Part shown: positions 57,301 through 64,000 of the stretch, in pieces
How positions within the stretch are numbered: the stretch's first letter is position 1
How the letters are laid out: each line of letters starts with the position of its first letter
Assembly: GCA_017499595.2 (NCBI GenBank)
Contig: CM039010.1
Span: 2,232,001 to 2,296,000, forward strand
Length of the DNA stretch: 64,000 bases
Origin: Psilocybe cubensis
Taxonomy: Eukaryota
Direction of reading: 5' to 3'
The notes under the pieces: generated by a model
Told to the model about the DNA's origin: nothing
What the model saw: the letters and a program-made list of their open reading frames with translations, nothing else
The model's database searches: none
Position numbers and translations under genes: made by a program

Positions 57301-57838
57301 CAGCAGCTTCGTAGCAAGAGTTGAGCGCGCATTTATCATCCCAAAAAGCCAGCTCGTCCTTTTTCGCCTGAACGGCGCCGTCGTTAATTGCCTTTTGGAA
57401 GGCATCACGAGCGGAAGAGAACGTAGTGGAGACTCGAAGAGCCTCCGCTGACCCGGCATCCGCGAATTCCTTCGTAAGTTGGAACTCGGGTGCCTTCACC
57501 TTAAGGCGATTGGGCGTGTTGCCTGCGCTAACGGCAGATTCAAGGCGCTCGAGGCTAGCCTTGACTGTTTCCCTCTTGTCGCACCACGATGCGAGGTTGA
57601 GGAGAAACTCCCTGAGGGCAGCACGATAGTCAAAAAAGACGCAGTCTATGACTTGGTCAACGGAGCGGCACTCAGCTATTTTTTTGATGACCACAGTGGC
57701 CAGCTCGTCGATAAGAGCGTTATGGCGGCCTGCTTCATCGTTGACGCCGAAGACAGTGTTGTTGACGACGGCCTGGGTGAGTGCGTCCAGGGTAGGGGAC
57801 ATGGCACGAGAGAATGCAGCAGAGTATTGGGATGACAT
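54305..57838 (-). CDS. Penelope-like RT polyprotein, 1177 aa (candidate intron 56884-56944)
   Basis: Same RT motifs. Confidence 0.93.
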   Translation of the reverse strand: MSSQYSAAFSRAMSPTLDALTQAVVNNTVFGVNDEAGRHNALIDELATVVIKKIAECRSVDQVIDCVFFDYRAALREFLLNLASWCDKRETVKASLERLESAVSAGNTPNRLKVKAPEFQLTKEFADAGSAEALRVSTTFSSARDAFQKAINDGAVQAKKDELAFWDDKCALNSCYEAAALIVKATYDDRKSSYKLPVFSTDNKGVRRIAEWVVSPQKKAECSALQTILPAIFSHIKQIVNMRHRALAIKIEKKRTTAATADVEMADATKPGPSIQSLIDKGLNARLKKLNLGSVGKKASFRNPSPIILDTNYYSNYPDFVWPEFVQGSSTSGQESWPFETQVVVDAFAEEASNQGFQQGRQQEEREGESSRQEQRSKGKGKGKSLDARSTVASFTSVRPAFPNSIPDDILTMTKTDAVSFVHLNTPISFLLAGQYRSSVHCSPGVSVPVDVANDLSLGLNYMFFTLPSKNLIMQAWNDFQRRIRWRIYFLFKEGMNKPFDPDYGVSSKKKEKPPMLPQFMELGLSMGRRYVIKTIASIPEEALKEMRKHAFSPKRDKIQKFLFDNNYVITMTDKNLGLAVSERDWILRNELNLLEDERNYEELEFEVAQEVMKSKMIQMQTLARTVEDEHLFLFELGLSRFFLSNVPEDGSSFKYPQFHGIPKIHKKPTGFRPIIPCHSVVFNPAAKFVSKELKPIIKSTPSIIHGTKDLFTRLSQLRIDPKRQWYFVTGDVVAFYPNIPLDLCIEIVCNMYEEWLLNASEENTALAHINPNSLENNLVKLGIFKRAIEIGNTQLITQHGSRYFRQKNGLAMGVADSPDLANLFGAHFEIKSKILDHPNVAFYGRYIDDCFAIVYAESEALALNLIKETIKFDGCVIEWAVSSSGCQFLDAFIFKESGKLHWKPFVKTGNNRERVPWVSHHPLDVKRGVYIGELSRLAVLCSTKEIYIGAIRDLNALYLMRGYPENLVMSWCKKNIQERWEKRFALRVAEHDESILVLKTRFDQVWNWFSAAELGKTVTEYWSAWYEHAEKGLYSADSSRPLIKPDPNYVHDLDDVRPELFTQILVDGETEFVPDLRKIGLLGSRWIVSRKRNTNLFDLANVWKKTVFRKLDENIAEKGGVVPETQNVNETYHSALVEAAEQISIESDNEIILHRRSISQEREHPEFGRISKSYNR

Positions 57839-57941
57839 GGTAACTGATGGGTGATAGCAAAGTCGTTGGGTTTAGGGGGGGAGCGAGCACCGAGCGAAGC
57901 GAGGTGCGAGCGACTAGTTTAAACTGTGAGTTTGAAATAGA

Positions 57942-58017
57942 AAGAAGGCCAGAGGGCTGTTGGGGGATCCCAACAACCAGCCCTTTCGTCTTTATAGACT
58001 CTTCAGTGGCTATTCTT
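57942..58017 (-). ncRNA. Type I hammerhead ribozyme
   Basis: Same core; cleavage 57952/57951. Confidence 0.88.
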
Positions 58018-58609
58018 AGAAGGAATGTTCTAGACATCCGATGACAGCGCGTGAAGTGATGCTGCGCAGCTGTCATGTATCTTACCGACTATCACAAATC
58101 TGTCAATGTTTATTGTCAAGTTAGACAGGTCTCTGATGAACAGAGTGTCACGGGTCGATGTGGCACATGGTAACCTGTCAAAAGTGGATCCAACACTTTT
58201 GTTCTTTGACATCGTGGGTTATTGACTGTGATGTGAATCACATGGATATAGATTACTCTGGTTACGTGGCTCCGAGTAACCGCGACATGGGAATATTCAC
58301 ATGTCTAGAGTATAAATAGCTTACCTGGGTCCTTACCTAACAATCAAACAATAGAATGATTGATTGTTGTGAATCTTAATTGGACAGTTCATGATCCGGT
58401 CCATCAAAAATGTTTCCACGGTACTAAGGAACTTTTCCCGAAGTACTAAGTAACTTTTCCCATGTACTAAATTAGATCCGGCCCTTCACAATCACATGCC
58501 GTTCGGAAGTTCACACGCCTACCTTACTTCCTACTAAGGTTAGACTTAGTTAGCTTAGGGTTGGGGTTAGGTTAGGGTTTAGGGTTTAGGGTTTAGGGTT
58601 TAGGTTTAG

Positions 58610-58662
58610 GGTTAGGGTTTTTTTTTTTTTAGGGTTTAGGGTTTAGGGTTTAGGGTTTAGGG
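58610..58662 (+). repeat. Telomeric tract containing a T13 run
   Basis: GGGTTAGGG-T13-AGGG(TTTAGGG)n. Confidence 0.9.
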
Positions 58663-58724
58663 GGGGAGCGAGCACCGAGCGAAGCGAGGTGCGAGCGACT
58701 TGTTTAAACTGTGAGTTAAATGGA

Positions 58725-58800
58725 AAGAAGGCCAGAGGGCTGTTGATTGTTATCAGCAGCCAGCCCTTTCGTCTTTATAGACTCTTCAGTGGCTATTCTT
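58725..58800 (-). ncRNA. Type I hammerhead ribozyme (divergent stem III)
   Basis: Core intact; distal stem III reads GCUGAU aaca AUCAAC. Confidence 0.85.
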
Positions 58801-59503
58801 AGAAGGAATGTTCTGGAACATCCGATGACAGCGCGTGAAGTGATGCTGCGCAGCTGTCATGTATCTTACCGACTATCACAAATCTGTCAATGTTTATTGT
58901 CAAGTTAGACAGATCTCTGATGAACAGAGTGTCACGGGTCGATGTGGCACATGGTAACCTGTCAAAAGTGGATCCAACACTTTTGTTCTTTGACATCGTG
59001 GGTTATTGACTGTGATGTGAATCACATGGATATAAAATACTCTGGTTACGTGGCTCCGAGTAACCGTGACATGGGAATATTCTCATGTCAAGAGTATAAA
59101 TAGCTTACCTGGGTCCTTACCTAACAATCAATTGATTGATTGTTGTGAATCTTAATTGGACAGTTCATGATCCGGTCCATCAAAAATGTTTCCACGGTAC
59201 TAAGGAACTTTTCCCGAGGTACTAAGTAACTTTTCCCATGTACTAAATTAGATCCGGCCCTTCACAATCACATGCCTTTCGGAAGTTCACACGCCTACCT
59301 TACTTCCTACTAAGGTTAGACTTAGTTAACTTAGGGTTGGGGTTAGGTTAGGGCTTAGGGTTTAGGGTTTAGGGTTTAGGTTTAGGTTTAGCTATTTAAT
59401 CCAATGTGTTGCTTGTAAGTAGATGTTTGTTACTTTGTAGCAAGGAATACTTACGGTTAGGGTTTTTTTCTAATGCTTTACGCCTTACGCGCTAGTATTC
59501 TTT

Positions 59504-61110
59504 TCATCGGTTGTAAGATTTGGATATTCTGCCGAATTCTGGATGTTCCCTCTCTTGTGAGATTGAACGTCTATGAAGTATTATCTCGTTATCACTTTCG
59601 ATACTTATCTGTTCAGCAGCTTCAACTAAAGCAGAATGATAAGTTTCATTAACGTTTTGAGTTTCGGGAACAACACCACCTTTTTCAGCGATGTCTTCAT
59701 CCAGTTTACGAAAGACTGTTTTCTTCCACACATTTGCAAGGTCGAAAAGATTAGTATTGCGTTTTCGCGATACTATCCAACGACTTCCGAGTAGTCCTAT
59801 CTTCCTCAAATCCGGTACGAACTCAGTTTCTCCGTCCACGAGGATCTGTGTGAACAGCTCCGGGCGAACATCATCGAGGTCGTGAACGTAATTTGGATCT
59901 GGTTTGATAAGGGGTCTGGACGAGTCTGCACTATACAAACCTTTCTCGGCATGTTCATACCATGCCGACCAGTACTCGGTAACAGTTTTTCCAAGTTCAG
60001 CAGCTGAAAACCAATTCCATACCTGATCAAATCTGGTTTTAAGTACAAGAATGGATTCGTCGTGCTCTGCGACTCGTAAAGCGAATCGCTTTTCCCAACG
60101 TTCTTGTATATTCTTCTTACACCAAGACATGACTAGGTTTTCGGGATAACCGCGCATCAAATAGAGAGCGTTAAGGTCTCTAATTGCTCCGATGTAGATT
60201 TCCTTGGTACTACATAGCACGGCTAACCTGGATAACTCTCCAATGTAGACGCCACGTTTGACGTCCAAAGGATGATGTGATACCCATGGAACTCGTTCTC
60301 GGTTGTTTCCTGTCTTGACAAATGGCTTCCAATGAAGTTTTCCAGACTCCTTGAATATGAAAGCATCGAGAAATTGACATCCCGACGAGGAAACAGCCCA
60401 TTCGATAACACAACCATCGAACTTTATTGTTTCTTTAATAAGATTAAGTGCAAGTGCTTCGGACTCGGCGTAAACAATTGCGAAACAATCGTCGATGTAC
60501 CTTCCATAGAAGGCCACGTTTGGGTGGTCTAAGATTTTTGACTTTATTTCAAAATGGGCTCCAAAGAGGTTAGCAAGGTCCGGAGAATCCGCGACGCCCA
60601 TTGCGAGGCCATTTTTTTGTCTAAAATATCTAGACCCATGTTGTGTTATCAATTGCGTATTGCCAATCTCGATAGCACGTTTAAAGATGCCCAATTTAAC
60701 AAAGTTATTCTCTAACGAATTTGGATTAATATGGGCTAATGCAGTGTTTTCTTCCGAAGCGTTGAGTAACCATTCCTCGTACATATTACAAACGATTTCG
60801 ATGCACAAGTCCAACGGAATATTGGGATAGAAAGCAACTACATCCCCGGTGACAAAATACCATTGTCGTTTGGGGTCTATACGCAATTGGCTTAATCTCG
60901 TAAAGAGATCCTTCGTTCCGTGAATGATTGAAGGAGTCGATTTAATAATCGGCTTAAGCTCTTTTGATACAAACTTGGCTGCAGGATTAAATACTACAGA
61001 GTGACACGGAATTATGGGCCTAAATCCAGTAGGTTTTTTGTGGATTTTAGGTATACCATGAAATTGAGGATACTTGAACGATGATCCGTCTTCCGGTACA
61101 TTCGATAGAA
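59504..61110 (-). pseudogene. 5'-truncated RT coding fragment
   Basis: Lacks the ORF1 region and the native start codon. Confidence 0.85.
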
Positions 61111-61172
61111 GGGTTAGGGTTTAGGGTTTAGGGGGGGTTTAGGGTTTAGGGTTTAGGGTTTAGGGTTTAGGG
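61111..61172 (+). repeat. Telomeric tract with an internal G7 variant
   Basis: TTTA-GGGGGGG-TTTAGGG at 61127-61144. Confidence 0.93.
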
Positions 61173-61236
61173 GGGGAGCGAGCACCGAGCGAAGCGAGGT
61201 GCGAGCGACTAGTTTAAACTGTGAGTTTGAAATAGA

Positions 61237-61312
61237 AAGAAGGCCAGAGGGCTGTTGGGGGATCCCAACAACCAGCCCTTTCGTCTTTATAGACTCTTCA
61301 GTGGCTATTCTT
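61237..61312 (-). ncRNA. Type I hammerhead ribozyme
   Basis: Same core; cleavage 61247/61246. Confidence 0.88.
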
Positions 61313-62022
61313 AGAAGGAATGTTCTAGACATCCGATGACAGCGCGTGAAGTGATGCTGCGCAGCTGTCATGTATCTTACCGACTATCACAAATCTGTCA
61401 ATGTTTATTGTCAAGTTAGACAGGTCTCTGATGAACAGAGTGTCACGGGTCGATGTGGCACATGGTAACCTGTCAAAAGTGGATCCAACACTTTTGTTCT
61501 TTGACATCGTGGGTTATTGACTGTGATGTGAATCACATGGATATAGATTACTCTGGTTACGTGGCTCCGAGTAACCGCGACATGGGAATATTCACATGTC
61601 TAGAGTATAAATAGCTTACCTGGGTCCTTACCTAACAATCAAACAATAGAATGATTGATTGTTGTGAATCTTAATTGGACAGTTCATGATCCGGTCCATC
61701 AAAAATGTTTCCACGGTACTAAGGAACTTTTCCCGAAGTACTAAGTAACTTTTCCCATGTACTAAATTAGATCCGGCCCTTCACAATCACATGCCGTTCG
61801 GAAGTTCACACGCCTACCTTACTTCCTACTAAGGTTAGACTTAGTTAACTTAGGGTTGGGGTTAGGTTAGGGTTTAGGGTTTAGGGTTTAGGGTTTAGGT
61901 TTAGGTTTAGCTATTTAATCCAATGTGTTGCTTGTAAGTAGATGTTTGTTACTTTGTAGCAAGGAATACTTACGGTTAGGGTTTTTTTCTAATGCTTTAC
62001 GCCTTACGCGCTAGTATTCTTT

Positions 62023-64000
62023 TCATCGGTTGTAAGATTTGGATATTCTGCCGAATTCTGGATGTTCCCTCTCTTGTGAGATTGAACGTCTATGAAGTAT
62101 TATCTCGTTATCACTTTCGATACTTATCTGTTCAGCAGCTTCAACTAAAGCAGAATGATAAGTTTCATTAACGTTTTGAGTTTCGGGAACAACACCACCT
62201 TTTTCAGCGATGTTTTCATCCAGTTTACGAAAGACTGTTTTCTTCCACACATTTGCAAGGTCGAAAAGATTAGTATTGCGTTTTCGCGATACTATCCAAC
62301 GACTTCCGAGTAGTCCTATCTTCCTCAAATCCGGTACGAACTCAGTTTCTCCGTCCACGAGGATCTGTGTGAACAGCTCCGGGCGAACATCATCGAGGTC
62401 GTGAACGTAATTTGGATCTGGTTTGATAAGGGGTCTGGACGAGTCTGCACTATACAAACCTTTCTCGGCATGTTCATACCATGCCGACCAGTACTCGGTA
62501 ACAGTCTTTCCAAGTTCAGCAGCTGAAAACCAATTCCATACCTGATCAAATCTGGTTTTAAGTACAAGAATGGATTCGTCGTGCTCTGCGACTCGTAAAG
62601 CGAATCGCTTTTCCCAACGTTCTTGTATATTCTTCTTACACCAAGACATGACTAGGTTTTCGGGATAACCGCGCATCAAATAGAGAGCGTTAAGGTCTCT
62701 AATTGCTCCGATGTAGATTTCCTTGGTACTACATAGCACGGCTAACCTGGATAACTCTCCAATGTAGACGCCACGTTTGACGTCCAAAGGATGATGTGAT
62801 ACCCATGGAACTCGTTCTCGGTTGTTTCCTGTCTTGACAAATGGCTTCCAATGAAGTTTTCCAGACTCCTTGAATATGAAAGCATCGAGAAATTGACATC
62901 CCGACGAGGAAACAGCCCATTCGATAACACAACCATCGAACTTTATTGTTTCTTTAATAAGATTAAGTGCAAGTGCTTCGGACTCGGCGTAGACAATTGC
63001 GAAACAATCGTCGATGTACCTTCCATAGAAGGCCACGTTTGGGTGGTCTAAGATTTTTGACTTTATTTCAAAATGGGCTCCAAAGAGGTTAGCAAGGTCC
63101 GGAGAATCCGCGACGCCCATTGCGAGGCCATTTTTTTGTCTAAAATATCTAGACCCATGTTGTGTTATCAATTGCGTATTGCCAATCTCGATAGCACGTT
63201 TAAAGATGCCCAATTTAACCAAGTTATTCTCTAACGAATTTGGATTAATATGGGCTAATGCAGTGTTCTCTTCCGAAGCGTTGAGTAACCATTCCTCGTA
63301 CATATTACAAACGATTTCGATGCACAAGTCCAACGGAATATTGGGATAGAAAGCAACTACATCCCCGGTGACAAAATACCATTGTCGTTTGGGGTCTATA
63401 CGCAATTGGCTTAATCTCGTAAAGAGATCCTTCGTTCCGTGAATGATTGAAGGAGTCGATTTAATAATCGGCTTAAGCTCTTTTGATACAAACTTGGCTG
63501 CAGGATTAAATACTACAGAGTGACACGGAATTATGGGCCTAAATCCAGTAGGTTTCTTGTGGATTTTAGGTATACCATGAAATTGAGGATACTTGAACGA
63601 TGATCCGTCTTCCGGTACATTCGATAGAAAGAATCGAGACAACCCAAGTTCAAATAGAAACAGATGTTCATCTTCGACGGTACGTGCGAGAGTTTGCATC
63701 TGAATCATTTTGCTCTTCATAACTTCTTGCGCAACTTCGAATTCTAACTCTTCGTAGTTGCGTTCATCTTCAAGAAGATTGAGCTCATTCCTTAATATCC
63801 AGTCGCGTTCAGACACCGCGAGGCCAAGATTCTTATCTGTCATCGTAATAACATAGTTGTTATCGAAAAGAAACTTTTGGATCTTGTCCCTTTTAGGAGA
63901 GAACGCGTGCTTTCGCATCTCTTTAAGGGCTTCTTCCGGGATACTTGCGATCGTTTTAATAACGTACCGACGTCCCATTGAAAGGCCAAGTTCCATAAAT
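62023..64000 (-). CDS. Penelope-like RT polyprotein, partial (5' part outside the window)
   Basis: 657 aa open to the window edge, nearly identical to copy 5. Confidence 0.9.
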   Translation of the reverse strand, partial: FMELGLSMGRRYVIKTIASIPEEALKEMRKHAFSPKRDKIQKFLFDNNYVITMTDKNLGLAVSERDWILRNELNLLEDERNYEELEFEVAQEVMKSKMIQMQTLARTVEDEHLFLFELGLSRFFLSNVPEDGSSFKYPQFHGIPKIHKKPTGFRPIIPCHSVVFNPAAKFVSKELKPIIKSTPSIIHGTKDLFTRLSQLRIDPKRQWYFVTGDVVAFYPNIPLDLCIEIVCNMYEEWLLNASEENTALAHINPNSLENNLVKLGIFKRAIEIGNTQLITQHGSRYFRQKNGLAMGVADSPDLANLFGAHFEIKSKILDHPNVAFYGRYIDDCFAIVYAESEALALNLIKETIKFDGCVIEWAVSSSGCQFLDAFIFKESGKLHWKPFVKTGNNRERVPWVSHHPLDVKRGVYIGELSRLAVLCSTKEIYIGAIRDLNALYLMRGYPENLVMSWCKKNIQERWEKRFALRVAEHDESILVLKTRFDQVWNWFSAAELGKTVTEYWSAWYEHAEKGLYSADSSRPLIKPDPNYVHDLDDVRPELFTQILVDGETEFVPDLRKIGLLGSRWIVSRKRNTNLFDLANVWKKTVFRKLDENIAEKGGVVPETQNVNETYHSALVEAAEQISIESDNEIILHRRSISQEREHPEFGRISKSYNR

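Larger units (their letters stand above)
53461..58609 (-). mobile_element. Penelope-like element copy 5 with both pseudo-LTRs
   Basis: Pseudo-LTRs at 53461 and about 57878 flank the ORF. Confidence 0.92.
58663..61110 (-). mobile_element. 5'-truncated Penelope-like element copy 6
   Basis: Pseudo-LTR plus the 3' half of the ORF; breaks at ...TTCGATAGAA and is followed by telomeric repeats. Confidence 0.92.
61173..64000 (-). mobile_element. Penelope-like element copy 7 (runs off the window)
   Basis: Pseudo-LTR plus ORF 3' part. Confidence 0.92.

Noticed and set aside
31963-64000. CRISPR-like repeat-spacer array
   Set aside because: Eukaryotic context; the repeats are telomeric tracts and retroelement pseudo-LTRs.

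Overview
Fungal (agaric basidiomycete) chromosome-end region; from memory the ITS1 resembles Psilocybe, which is unverified. Left to right: (1) 1-3.9 kb, low-complexity intergenic DNA. (2) Two divergent intron-containing genes: a CorA-like membrane protein (-) and ETF-ubiquinone oxidoreductase (+). (3) Three tandem 8,975-bp rDNA units (18S-ITS1-5.8S-ITS2-28S, with a same-strand 5S in the two complete spacers). The first 18S is 5'-truncated, and the last 28S is broken at 31935 and continued by TTTAGGG telomeric repeats. (4) 31.9-64 kb, a head-to-tail array of endonuclease-less Penelope-like (Coprina-type) retroelements, all on the - strand and interleaved with TTTAGGG tracts: five full 1176-1177 aa ORFs, one 5'-truncated copy, one cut by the window edge, and short fragments. 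Features not shown by the ORF track: a type I hammerhead ribozyme in each of 12 pseudo-LTRs; two element ends at or within 2 nt of the predicted ribozyme cleavage site; a telomere-complementary priming site about 70 nt downstream of that site; a 61-nt GC-AG intron that would switch between a basic-tailed ~365-aa ORF1 protein and the full ORF1-RT fusion; and a ~480-bp foreign hairpin-rich sequence joined at the cleavage site. Together these suggest a ribozyme-processed, telomere-primed replication cycle with template jumping or a circular template (inference).
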